Below, one piece after another: positions 41,063 through 50,184 of a stretch of 62,273 nucleotides of DNA. The stretch is from Vicinamibacteraceae bacterium (GTDB lineage Bacteria > Acidobacteriota > Vicinamibacteria > Marinacidobacterales > Marinacidobacteraceae): positions 1 through 62,273 of the forward strand of contig JAAXGQ010000005.1 of assembly GCA_012271265.1 (NCBI GenBank). The letters run 5' to 3'. How positions within the stretch are numbered: position 1 is the stretch's first letter; every line of letters starts with the position of its first letter. Below the pieces are notes generated by a model. That model did no database searches, was not told the origin of the DNA, and worked only from the letters and a program-made list of their open reading frames with translations. The position numbers and the translations under genes were made by a program.

Positions 41063-42208
41063 TCAGCCGCCGAGGATCGCGCGGGCGATCGAGCCCATGC
41101 CGTAGCCGAGGTAGTTCCCCACGGCGTAGCCGAGGAGGGCGACCGCGATGCCCGGCAGGAGGCGGTCGCCGAGGCCGCGGGCCGAAGCGATTGCCACCGC
41201 CGAGGCCGCTCCGCCCACGTTGGCCTGGGAAGCGACGGCGAGCGTGCCGGCGTCGAGGCGCGCCATCCGCCCGAGCCCGAAGATGACCGCTCCGTGGATG
41301 CCCACCGTCGTCAGGGCGAACAGGAAGAGGGCCGGTCCGGCCGCGAGCATCTCCGAAACGAGCGACTGGGCGCCGTTTCCGACCAGAAAGAGGTAGATCA
41401 GGGTGTTGCCGAGCACCGGGGCGCCGCGAAGCCGGCGCACAGCCGGCGTGTGTCCCAGCGCGAGGGCGATCGTGGTGAGCCAGAGCACCGCCGGGATCAC
41501 CGGAAACAACCCGCCGAGGAACTGCGCGGCGGCCATCGTGCCGAGGGTGATCGCCGCGAGTCCGAAGAGATCCAGCACCCGGAGGCTCACCCCGCTCTCC
41601 TTCAGCCGCTGCTCCAGGGTCATCGGCGATCCCGGCGCGGCGGCCGGCGCGCCGTCGTCCTCACGGGCGTTTCCGCCTCGGGCAAAGAGCGCCGGCGCCG
41701 CGAGGCAGATCGCCAGCCAGGCGACCGTGACGATGACGTCCGCGGCGACCGCCCCGGACATGATCGCCGGATCCGTTTCGAAGGCTCCGGCCAGCGCGTA
41801 GAAGTTCGCGCCGCCGCCGATGTAGGTCCCGGTGAACTGCCCGGTGAGCTTCCAGGCCTCCCCGCCAATCGAGCCGGCGAGGAGGGTCGTCGCCACCGCG
41901 GTCCCAATCATCGTGCCGAAGGCGCCGATGCCGAACGCCACGAGCATCTTGCGCCCGGCCTCACGGATGGTCCTCAGGTCCACGGCGAGCAGGATGAGCA
42001 CGATCGCGGCGTTCACCCAGATGTTGCCGAGCTGGTTGTAGGCCTCGGCGTCCCCGGGGAGGATCCCCGAGTTCGACAGCAGCATCCCGAACGTGAGGCA
42101 CATGAGCCCGGCGCTGGCGGTCCGGAAGCCGCGGAACCGCTCCAGCCACACGGCGAAGAAGGCCGTCGCGGCGAGCGTCAGGAAGATGGCGAACGGGTCG
42201 CGAATCAT
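41063..42208 (-). CDS. DUF819-family integral membrane protein
   Basis: 381 aa, about 10 TM segments, with an N-terminus typical of DUF819. Confidence 0.75.
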   Translation of the reverse strand: MIRDPFAIFLTLAATAFFAVWLERFRGFRTASAGLMCLTFGMLLSNSGILPGDAEAYNQLGNIWVNAAIVLILLAVDLRTIREAGRKMLVAFGIGAFGTMIGTAVATTLLAGSIGGEAWKLTGQFTGTYIGGGANFYALAGAFETDPAIMSGAVAADVIVTVAWLAICLAAPALFARGGNAREDDGAPAAAPGSPMTLEQRLKESGVSLRVLDLFGLAAITLGTMAAAQFLGGLFPVIPAVLWLTTIALALGHTPAVRRLRGAPVLGNTLIYLFLVGNGAQSLVSEMLAAGPALFLFALTTVGIHGAVIFGLGRMARLDAGTLAVASQANVGGAASAVAIASARGLGDRLLPGIAVALLGYAVGNYLGYGMGSIARAILGG

Positions 42209-42265
42209 CGGATCTCCTTCGGGGCTCCGCCGTCGGCTCCCGGGCGGCCCGGGCGGCCGGAGCCG

Positions 42266-43384
42266 CTACTCGGACCAGCCGCGGACCGGGTTCACGAGCG
42301 TTCCGATCCCCTCGGCCCAGCAGGCGGCGGTGTCCCCCGGCGTCATGAAGATCGGCGGCGTCCGGGCGTAGCCGACGCCGTCGGGCGTTCCGGTCGCGAT
42401 CACGTCGCCCGGGTCGAGCACCAGGTTGTGCGAGGCAAAGCGGATCAGCTCGAAGACCGAGTGCTCCATGAGTCCGGTGTTCGCCGACTGCATCACTTCG
42501 CCCGAGAGAGTGAAGCGGATGTCCAGGTCGTGGGGATCGGTGACGAACTCGGCCGGAGTGATGAAGGGTCCGAGCGGCGCGAAGGTCTCGGTGCTCTTCC
42601 AGACGAGCCAGTCCGACCCGTAGCGGTCGTCGCCCCGGCCCTCCCGGTCGCCCACGTCGTTCATCATGGTGAAGCCGAAGATGTGGCTGCCCGCCTCGTC
42701 TTCCGAGGCGTCGGCCGCCGGTGTGCCGATGACGACCGCGAGCTCGCACTCCCAGTCCACCATCTCCCGGTCCGGCTTCATCCGGATCGGCTCTCCGGGC
42801 CCGATGACGATGCTGCCCGGTTTCATGAACAGGTAGGGGTTCTGGCGCCGGTCGCCGGGCTCCCGCTCCCAGAAGTGCTCCATCGAGACCTGCTCGTCGT
42901 CCAGCGCCGAGGCGTCGGACATGGTGGCGGGCGCCCCGGTGGTCATCTCCACGCCGTGCGCCGGGTAGTTCAGCGCCGCCGCCAGGATCTTGCCGGGTCG
43001 CACCGGAGGGAAGACGGTGAGCCCTTCGAGGTCGTGAATCCAGACGGGGCGCTCGTCCTCGGGAAGGTCGAGGAGCGGCAGCACCCGTTCGACGATCGCG
43101 TGCACCCGGTCGCGCATGCCGATGTGCCAGCGGCCGGCCAGTTCCTTCATGTCCCGAGGCATCGGCAGGCGCACGAAGAGCCTCTCCCGGCGCTCCATCG
43201 AGGCGTTCGCCCGGGTCAGGTCCAGGGCAAACGCATCGCGGAGAACGATGCCGAGAAACGCCTCGCCCCGGTGCTCGAAGCTGCCCAGCCGGAACGCCTC
43301 CCCCGCTGCGGCGCCGGAGGCGCTCCCGACCACCATCACCAGCGCCAGGACCCACGAGAAGCTGCTCCGCCGGGCCTCCGACAT
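42266..43384 (-). CDS. Fumarylacetoacetate hydrolase (FAH)-family protein with signal peptide
   Basis: Start at MSEARRSSFSWVLALVMVVGSASGAAAG. VDWECELAVVIG, FGFTMMNDV and GDVIATGTPDGVG are FAH motifs. Confidence 0.85.
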   Translation of the reverse strand: MSEARRSSFSWVLALVMVVGSASGAAAGEAFRLGSFEHRGEAFLGIVLRDAFALDLTRANASMERRERLFVRLPMPRDMKELAGRWHIGMRDRVHAIVERVLPLLDLPEDERPVWIHDLEGLTVFPPVRPGKILAAALNYPAHGVEMTTGAPATMSDASALDDEQVSMEHFWEREPGDRRQNPYLFMKPGSIVIGPGEPIRMKPDREMVDWECELAVVIGTPAADASEDEAGSHIFGFTMMNDVGDREGRGDDRYGSDWLVWKSTETFAPLGPFITPAEFVTDPHDLDIRFTLSGEVMQSANTGLMEHSVFELIRFASHNLVLDPGDVIATGTPDGVGYARTPPIFMTPGDTAACWAEGIGTLVNPVRGWSE

Positions 43385-43446
43385 GGCCGCGGAGTATCCC
43401 ACGGCGCGCCGCCCCGAGGCGCGGCTGTCCCCGCGATCCGGCGGCG

Positions 43447-44496
43447 CTACGGGTTGCGGACGGTGGCGGCGACGGGCGCCGGCCCGCCGGCCCCGATGGT
43501 GACGGCGGCGCCCGGGGCGACCCCGGCGGCGAGGATCGCGAGAGCGAAGGCCGGGGTCGGGAAGCCGGGGGGGGCGGGAGCGGAGCTCGTGACCTCCCCC
43601 ACGGGACGGCCGTCGGCGTCGGCCGCCACCCGCGCGCCAGGCGCAGGCGCGTCGCCCGCCGCGCACTCCAGGACTCGGAGCAGCCTGGGAATGCGCCCCC
43701 GATGGGCCTGGCGGGCCACGTATTCCTGGCCGATATAGCAGCCCTTGCCGAGCCGCACGTGGGCGGCGAGTCCACATCCCAGGGGGAGGGAGCGTCCGCC
43801 CATCTCGGCGCCCCAGGCGGGTTCCCCGGCGGCGATGCGCAGGTAGTCGGCCTCGGCCTCGGAGAGGAATCGGGCGCCCGTCCGGCGCAGTTGCGCCTCG
43901 ATCGCGGCGATCCGGGCGGCGCCCGCCGCTCCGGGCCCGCTGAGAACGGTGTACGCCTTCCAGGGGCGAAAGTCACGGCGCACGCAGGCGAACCCGGTGG
44001 CGTCCTCGGCGAGGATGCGGACGCCGCCGGGGGCGAGATCCCTCACCGAACGGGAACCGTTCGGTGAGGGGGCCGGCGCCGCGCCCGCGAGTATGAGGAG
44101 GGCGCGATCGAGGGCCTCCGCGGCGCCCGGCCCCTCCACCGTCGTCCGAACGCCCCGTCCACCAGTGTCGGCCGGATCCTCGGAGGTCAGGGCCACGTCA
44201 TCGGCGATGCGGTAGCGGTCGAGCCCCCAAAGGAGCGCCGAACCGCGCGGCGGGTCGGTTTCCAGCAGGATCCGCTCCCGCAGGACGGTGGCGATGCCGG
44301 CAGATATCACGTTGCCGCGAGGCCCGAGCAGGGCGGTGGGCGCCGCTCCTTCCTGCTTCGGCAGGTCGCCGGACATGACCCGGGTCAGAAACGACGCGCG
44401 GTCGCTTCCGGACACAATGAGCGCGGCTCGCCTGCGCGAAGCCGCCCGGGTCACCAGGAGGGCAGGGAGGGTTCCTCGGGGAAGGGGGTCGGGCAT
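43447..44496 (-). CDS. ygfZ: YgfZ/GcvT-like folate-binding protein
   Basis: KGCYIGQE signature and the aminomethyltransferase-like fold. Start at MPDPLPRG. Confidence 0.8.
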   Translation of the reverse strand: MPDPLPRGTLPALLVTRAASRRRAALIVSGSDRASFLTRVMSGDLPKQEGAAPTALLGPRGNVISAGIATVLRERILLETDPPRGSALLWGLDRYRIADDVALTSEDPADTGGRGVRTTVEGPGAAEALDRALLILAGAAPAPSPNGSRSVRDLAPGGVRILAEDATGFACVRRDFRPWKAYTVLSGPGAAGAARIAAIEAQLRRTGARFLSEAEADYLRIAAGEPAWGAEMGGRSLPLGCGLAAHVRLGKGCYIGQEYVARQAHRGRIPRLLRVLECAAGDAPAPGARVAADADGRPVGEVTSSAPAPPGFPTPAFALAILAAGVAPGAAVTIGAGGPAPVAATVRNP

Positions 44497-44591
44497 GGGT
44501 CCAATCCTAGATAGGGTTCCCGCCAGCCGGCCATCCGCAAGGCCGCGGCCCGCCGCCGACCGGCTCTCCGTTTCCCGACCCAGGAAATCCC

Positions 44592-45743
44592 ATGCATCTC
44601 CCCGCCTCCCTGGTGATGTCATCCTTCCGGGCGCCCCCGCCGGGGGTCCTCGACCTCGACGCCGCCGGGTCCCCACGCCACCTGCAGCCCCTGCCGGTCG
44701 AGACGGGAGCCGCCGGAGCGCGCGCGCTGCGCGCTGGTCTGGCCTGGTTCTGGAACTCGAACGCCGACGAAGCGGAGGCCCAGATTCGGGTTCTCGACCG
44801 CTACCGGGACGCGGTGGGCGGGCTCATCCCGGGGCTCGCCCTCCGGGCCGGGGATCGCGTCGTTCTCTCGGGGTCCCTCCCCGACGCCCGGCGGGCCGCC
44901 TGGCTCGCGGGGCTCCCCGAGGGCGTCACGGTCGCCAACTGGCTTCCGGAACCGGACGGCCGGCTCGGCTTGGGCCGGCTGGACGATCTGGTCGACGATC
45001 GGGTCCGGATGGTGCTCCTCAGCAAGAGCTGTCCCGTGACCGGAGCCCTCAACGAGATCGTGCCGGTCTGGCGCCGGCTCCTCGGATCCGGAGCCCGGCT
45101 GGTCGTCGAGGCCAGCCATTTCCTCGCCCATGGCCCGCTGGACATCCGCAACTTCCGCTGCGACGCGGTGATCACGGGCGTGGACGAGCTGTTTGGCGCG
45201 TCCGGGGCAGCACTGTGGATGCGGCGTCCGCTCGGCGCCCCGCCGCTCGCGGAAAACGCCGGGCCCCTGCCGGCGCGCTCTCGTGCGCTCGCCCGGGCCG
45301 TTGCCTATGTGGAACGCCTCGGGAACGCCCCGGGGGCGCCTCCGGCCCCGCCGTCCGACCGTTTCGGCCGGCGCGCGGCGATGCGGATCGGCATGCAGCG
45401 CATCCGTCAGTACGAGCGCGTCCAGAACCGACGGGTGCTGGAGGCGCTCGCCGGGATCCGATCGCTTCGGATCCTGGGCGAATCCCTGCCTCGGCGGGCG
45501 GCGCTGCGCGCGCCGTTCTTCGCCATCGGGACGAACGGGACCTCGGCGGCGACGGTCTGGAAACGGCTTCGAGGCGCCGGGATCGAGGTCGCCGCCGGCG
45601 ATCTGGGTTGTTCCCGGGTGCTTACGGCGCTTGGCGCCGATCCCGGGCGCGGCGCCCTGCGGGCCACCCTGGCCCACTACCACGACGCGCGGGATGTCGC
45701 GCGTTTCGGCGAGGCGCTCGCCGCCGCCGTGACCAGCGGTTAG
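44592..45743 (+). CDS. Class-V aminotransferase-fold (NifS/SufS-like) protein, apparently lacking the PLP lysine
   Basis: The fold-type I layout aligns by eye to cysteine desulfurases. The SGHK position reads TGVDE. Confidence 0.65.
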   Translation: MHLPASLVMSSFRAPPPGVLDLDAAGSPRHLQPLPVETGAAGARALRAGLAWFWNSNADEAEAQIRVLDRYRDAVGGLIPGLALRAGDRVVLSGSLPDARRAAWLAGLPEGVTVANWLPEPDGRLGLGRLDDLVDDRVRMVLLSKSCPVTGALNEIVPVWRRLLGSGARLVVEASHFLAHGPLDIRNFRCDAVITGVDELFGASGAALWMRRPLGAPPLAENAGPLPARSRALARAVAYVERLGNAPGAPPAPPSDRFGRRAAMRIGMQRIRQYERVQNRRVLEALAGIRSLRILGESLPRRAALRAPFFAIGTNGTSAATVWKRLRGAGIEVAAGDLGCSRVLTALGADPGRGALRATLAHYHDARDVARFGEALAAAVTSG

Positions 45744-45789
45744 CAGGTAGCGGACCCGCGTAGGCTTGCGGGGCAAGGAGGACCGCCCC

Positions 45790-47487
45790 GTGTTCGATTT
45801 CCGTTTCCTCCGGAAGTGCTCCACTTCCGCCCGGTGTCTCCTCCCTCCCCTCCTCGCCGCCGCCCTGGTCGGCCCGGGTTGCGGCGGGGCGGGGGAGGCG
45901 CCGCCCCCGCCGCCCTCGGAGCCGGGGACCCACGCCGACCTCGTCGCGCTGTTCGAGGAATGGCGCGCCTTCGAGCGGCCGGAATTCGTGGATGGGGTTC
46001 CCGACTACTCCGCGGCGGCGATGGCCCGCCAGCGGGACGCCCTTCCGATGTGGAGGGCCCGGCTCGACGCCCTCGCCCCGGAGACATGGCCGGTGAACGA
46101 GCAGATCGACTGGCATCTGCTCCGGGCCGAGATGAACGGGCTTGACTTCGACCACCGGGTGCGGCGGCCGTGGGTCCGGGACCCGGGTTTCTACGTCACC
46201 GTCTTCCTCGCGGAGAGCGATGTCCCCGCCCACGAGGGCCCGGTCATCCACGGCTGGATCGACCTCTGGACCTACGAGTACCCGCTCTCCGATGCCGATG
46301 CCGCCGAACTGGCGGGGCGCATCGGGACGATCCCTGTTCTCCTCGGACAGGCCCGCGAGAACATTTCCGCCTCGAACGCCCGCGACCTCTGGCTGGCCGG
46401 CATCCGCTACTTCCGCAACCAGGCTGCGGACCTGGCCACGTTCGCTGAGCGGGTGGCCGGGACGAGCGAGGAGCTCGACGCGGCGGTGGCGGCGGCGCGG
46501 ACGGCGAGCGACGAGTTCCGCTCGTGGATCGAGGCCGAAGCCGACAGCAAGACCGGTCCGTCCGGGATCGGCGCCGACAACTACACCTGGGTCATGCGCC
46601 ATGTCCACCTGCTGCCGTGGTCATGGGAAGAGCAGGTCACCCTGATGCGACGGGAGCTGGCCCGCTCCCACTCCTCGCTTCGGTTGGAGGAGAACCGCAA
46701 CCGCACCCTCCCCCAGCTCGAACGGATCCGCAGTGCGGAAGAGTTCGACCGACGCCTCAACGAGTCGGTGGACCGCTACATGAAGTTCCTTGAGCAGGAG
46801 GAAGTGCAGTCGCTGGAGCCGTGGATGGATCCGGCGCTCCGGGCGGTGAACGGCAGCTTTCAGCCGCTCGAGAACCCGGATGACCTCCGGAACTTCTTCA
46901 GCGAGGTGAACTACCGCGATCCGGACGCCTTCCGTCCGCACATGCACCACTGGATCGAGTTGGCCGCGATGCGGGAGACGCCGCACCCGAGCCCGATCCG
47001 GGCCGTGCCCTCGCTCTCCAACATCTATCAATTCCGCTCCGAAGGGCTCGCCACCGGCGTCGAGGAAATGTTCATGCACCTCGGGTTGCTGCGGGGCTCC
47101 CCGCGTTCCCGGGAGCTGACCTGGATCATGCTGGCGCAGCGCGCCGCCCGCGCCTTGAGCGGTCTCAACCTGCACAGCGGCGGGTTCGACATGGAGGAGG
47201 CGGTGGCCCACGCGATGAAGTGGACGCCGCGCGGCTGGCTGACGGAAGGCGAGCTGGTCCGGGGCGAGCAGCACCTCTACCTGCGCCAGCCCGGCTACGG
47301 GACCAGCTACGTGACCGGCAAGATCCAGATCGAGGAACTGCTGTCCGAAGTGGCGCTCATGGAGGGCGAGGACTTCACGGTGAAGGACTTCTTCGACCGC
47401 TTCTACGCCGCCGGCGTGATTCCGATCACCCTGGTGCGCTGGGAGATGACCGGGGAGAAGGACCCGGTTCTGGATCTCAGGCCCTGA
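45790..47487 (+). CDS. DUF885-family protein (lipoprotein/secreted)
   Basis: Strong SD aaggagg lies 8 nt upstream of the GTG at 45790. The N-terminus is hydrophobic with Cys, and PGYGTSYVTGK is a DUF885-type motif. Confidence 0.85.
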   Translation: MFDFRFLRKCSTSARCLLPPLLAAALVGPGCGGAGEAPPPPPSEPGTHADLVALFEEWRAFERPEFVDGVPDYSAAAMARQRDALPMWRARLDALAPETWPVNEQIDWHLLRAEMNGLDFDHRVRRPWVRDPGFYVTVFLAESDVPAHEGPVIHGWIDLWTYEYPLSDADAAELAGRIGTIPVLLGQARENISASNARDLWLAGIRYFRNQAADLATFAERVAGTSEELDAAVAAARTASDEFRSWIEAEADSKTGPSGIGADNYTWVMRHVHLLPWSWEEQVTLMRRELARSHSSLRLEENRNRTLPQLERIRSAEEFDRRLNESVDRYMKFLEQEEVQSLEPWMDPALRAVNGSFQPLENPDDLRNFFSEVNYRDPDAFRPHMHHWIELAAMRETPHPSPIRAVPSLSNIYQFRSEGLATGVEEMFMHLGLLRGSPRSRELTWIMLAQRAARALSGLNLHSGGFDMEEAVAHAMKWTPRGWLTEGELVRGEQHLYLRQPGYGTSYVTGKIQIEELLSEVALMEGEDFTVKDFFDRFYAAGVIPITLVRWEMTGEKDPVLDLRP

Positions 47488-47517
47488 ACCTGAACCTGGC
47501 CCTGATGGGGGCCGGGG

Positions 47518-48555
47518 TCAGCCGTCGAGCGTGGCCCCGATGGCCTGGAGGCTGTCGGGGTCTCCGGTCAGCACGAGTTCGTCGCCGGCAAGGACCCGGT
47601 AGCTCCCGGTGGGGGCGAGCCGCAGGTCTCCCCCCCGGTGGAGCACGGCCATGACGGTCACGCCGCGGGTGGCTCCAAGGTCGAGCTCGGCAAGAGTCCG
47701 TCCGGCGAACTCCCCCCGGCGCTTCACCAGGAACCGCCCGGCGCTGAACCCGCTGTCGGTGATTTGCTGGATGCCCCGCATCACCCGGGCGATGCGAGGA
47801 CTCGACACGTTGCGCAGAAGCCGCCGGCCGGCAGTGGCATACGGCGAAACCACGTCGTGGGGGGCGGCCCCGGCGCGGACCAGATTCGCCCGCGAGCGCT
47901 CTTCTTCGGCCCGCGCCACGACCCGGATTCCGGGTCTCATCGCCGCGGCTGTCATGGCGATGGACAGGTTGTCCCCGTCACTGGGGAGCAGGGCGGCGAT
48001 CATCGTGGCCCGCCGCACGCCGGCCGTGGCCAACACCTCGTCGGTGGTCGCGTCTCCCTCGACGGCGATCCGGCCGGCGTCGAGCAGGGCCTGCACTTTC
48101 GCGGGAGACCGCTCGATGACGCAGAAATTGCTGCCCATCCGCTCCAGACCTTCCACCAGCGGGATCGAGACCCGCCCGTAGCCGCAGATCAGGATGTGTC
48201 CCTTCATGCGGCGCATTCTCGCTCGAACCCGTCGCCGAGGCGCCTCCATGACGATCTCGAAGAGACTGCGCAGCACGAAGCTGAGGGTGGCGACCCCGCC
48301 GCCCAGGATCAGAAGAACGGCGAAGACCCGGCCGGCAGGGGAGAGGGGATACGTCTCCGAGAAGCCGACCGTCGAGATCGTGATGACGGTCATGTAGAAC
48401 GCGTCGAAGAGCGTCCACCCGTCTTCGATCAGCCAGAAGCCGAGCGTCCCGCCGAGAACCACGATGGTGCCGGCAATCACCGCGGTCCAGACGTAGTGGA
48501 AACGCCAGCGCGTCAGCCAGAGGCGGCGCAACCAGTGCCTCCGCTCGGTCACCAT
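47518..48555 (-). CDS. Two-TM potassium-channel-like protein with RCK (TrkA-N/TrkA-C) domains and an atypical filter
   Basis: The pore helix/filter TISTVGFSETYP replaces the canonical TVGYGD. ILICGYGRV is a Rossmann motif, and a C-terminal TrkA-C domain is present. Confidence 0.85.
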   Translation of the reverse strand: MVTERRHWLRRLWLTRWRFHYVWTAVIAGTIVVLGGTLGFWLIEDGWTLFDAFYMTVITISTVGFSETYPLSPAGRVFAVLLILGGGVATLSFVLRSLFEIVMEAPRRRVRARMRRMKGHILICGYGRVSIPLVEGLERMGSNFCVIERSPAKVQALLDAGRIAVEGDATTDEVLATAGVRRATMIAALLPSDGDNLSIAMTAAAMRPGIRVVARAEEERSRANLVRAGAAPHDVVSPYATAGRRLLRNVSSPRIARVMRGIQQITDSGFSAGRFLVKRRGEFAGRTLAELDLGATRGVTVMAVLHRGGDLRLAPTGSYRVLAGDELVLTGDPDSLQAIGATLDG

Positions 48556-48686
48556 CGGTCAGCCTTCCGCCGCGACCGTCCCTGAACTCCGGAACGATCC
48601 CATCCGGCGGCGCAGCATATGCGTTTGCGACGGCGGTTGCCGTCCGCTGGCGGGTCCCACCGGCCGCGGTTTCCTGATCCCTGTCG

Positions 48687-48786
48687 GTGCGAGCTGCCCA
48701 CCATCCCTCGGCGTGAGCAGCCCACCATCTCTGACGGCGTGAGCAGCCCACCATCTTTGGCGGCGTGCGCAGCCCGCCGGGAGACC
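48687..48786. repeat. Four tandem 24-26-bp repeats immediately 3' of tRNA-fMet
   Basis: gcgtgagcagcccaccatctctgacg and gcgtgagcagcccaccatctttggcg, flanked by two degenerate copies. Confidence 0.8.
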
Positions 48787-48806
48787 CGGCGCGGTCCGCG
48801 CGACGG

Positions 48807-48881
48807 TGGCGGGGGCGGGATTTGAACCCGCGACCTTTGGGTTATGAGCCCAACGAGCTGACCAGGCTGCTCCACCCCGCG
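48807..48881 (-). tRNA. Initiator tRNA-fMet (anticodon CAU)
   Basis: CGCGGGGTGGAGCAGCCTGGTCAGCTCGTTGGGCTCATAACCCAAAGGTCGCGGGTTCAAATCCCGCCCCCGCCA. It has the C1:C72 mismatch and the GGG/CCC anticodon stem typical of bacterial initiators. Confidence 0.9.
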
Positions 48882-48904
48882 TCCGCTGCGTCGCAGAAGT
48901 CCTT

Positions 48905-48933
48905 ACTCTAGATTTGACCGCTCCGCCTGTCAA
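48905..48933 (-). promoter_or_regulatory. Near-consensus sigma-70 promoter for tRNA-fMet
   Basis: On the minus strand: TTGACA, 17-nt spacer, TAGAGT. The -10 element ends 23 nt upstream of the mature tRNA 5' end. Confidence 0.5.
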
Positions 48934-49167
48934 CACGGGGAGCGGCCGCCCGCCTTCGGCCGGGACGCGCCGTTTCCCCCGGCGAGGCTTCCGTTGCTGC
49001 CGGCCCTGCCGCGTGGCCGATCCGCGCCAACCCGGCGCGGGTGGAGACAGCGGGGCCGAGCGTGGGCGAAGTACCATGCCCGCGCACCCGAGCGATCCGG
49101 AAGCGTCGCGACCGAGAGCGACGCTCCCCGAGCACGCGCTCGCCTGTTCCCGCCCGCCGCGCTTCGA

Positions 49168-50169
49168 ATGTCCGTGTCCGAACCCGTTCTGCTGTCCGCG
49201 GCCGAGGTGGAGGCCGCGCTCGAAGCGCTCGCCGACCTCGTGACCGACGCGGAGCTCGGCAGATGGCGCACCGCGAACCTCGGCCGGAAGTCGCGCCTGT
49301 CGCTGGCGCTCAGATCGCTCGGCCGGCGGCCGGTCGAGGAACGGGCGGCCGCCGGGCGGTTCCTGAACCAGGCTAAGGGAAAGCTGGAACGGGGCTTCCG
49401 CGACCGGCGGGCAGCCCTGAAGGCCGAGCGAACCCGCGCCCTCAGGCCGCTCGACGTGAGCCTGCCCGGGCGTCCGCTGCCCCGGGGCGGACTCCACCCG
49501 ATCACGCTCACCGAGCGCGCGGTCGTCGCCGCTTTCGCGTCGATGGGCTTTCACGTGATCGAAGGCCCGGAAGTCGAGACGGAGTACTACAACTTCGAGG
49601 CGCTCCGGATTCCCGCCGACCACCCCGCGCGGGAAGCCATGGACACCTTCTATCTCGAGGGCGCCGAAGAAACGCCCCTCCTGCTGCGCACCCACACCTC
49701 GCCGAACCAGATCCGGTTCATGGAGCGGCAGACCCCTCCGATCCGGGTCATCGCTCCGGGCCGGACCTATCGGAACGAAGCGACGGACGCCACCCACGAG
49801 TGGATGATCACCCAGACCGAGGTGCTCGCGGTGGACGAGGGGCTGACCCTGGCCCATCTGAAGGGCGCGCTCTACGAGTTCGCCCGACGGATGTTCGGCG
49901 AGGACCGGACGATCCGTTTCCGCTGCGACTACTTTCCCTTCGTCGAACCGGGGGTCGAAGTCGCGGTGAGCAGCCCCCGAGGCTGGATCGAGATTCTCGG
50001 GGCCGGCATGGTCCACCCCGAGATTCTGCGGAACATGGGGTACGACCCGGAGATCTACACCGGCTTTGCCGCCGGGCTGGGCGTGGAGCGGATCGCCATG
50101 CTCCGCTACGGGATCCGGGACATCCGCCGCTTCTACGAAAACGACCTGCGCTTCCTGCGCCAGTTCTGA
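49168..50169 (+). CDS. pheS: Phenylalanine--tRNA ligase alpha subunit
   Basis: Class II aaRS motifs (FEALRIPADHPAR, RTHTSPNQIR, GAGMVHP, FAAGLGVERIAMLRYGI). Confidence 0.95.
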   Translation: MSVSEPVLLSAAEVEAALEALADLVTDAELGRWRTANLGRKSRLSLALRSLGRRPVEERAAAGRFLNQAKGKLERGFRDRRAALKAERTRALRPLDVSLPGRPLPRGGLHPITLTERAVVAAFASMGFHVIEGPEVETEYYNFEALRIPADHPAREAMDTFYLEGAEETPLLLRTHTSPNQIRFMERQTPPIRVIAPGRTYRNEATDATHEWMITQTEVLAVDEGLTLAHLKGALYEFARRMFGEDRTIRFRCDYFPFVEPGVEVAVSSPRGWIEILGAGMVHPEILRNMGYDPEIYTGFAAGLGVERIAMLRYGIRDIRRFYENDLRFLRQF

Positions 50170-50184
50170 AGCCGCCCGACTTCC

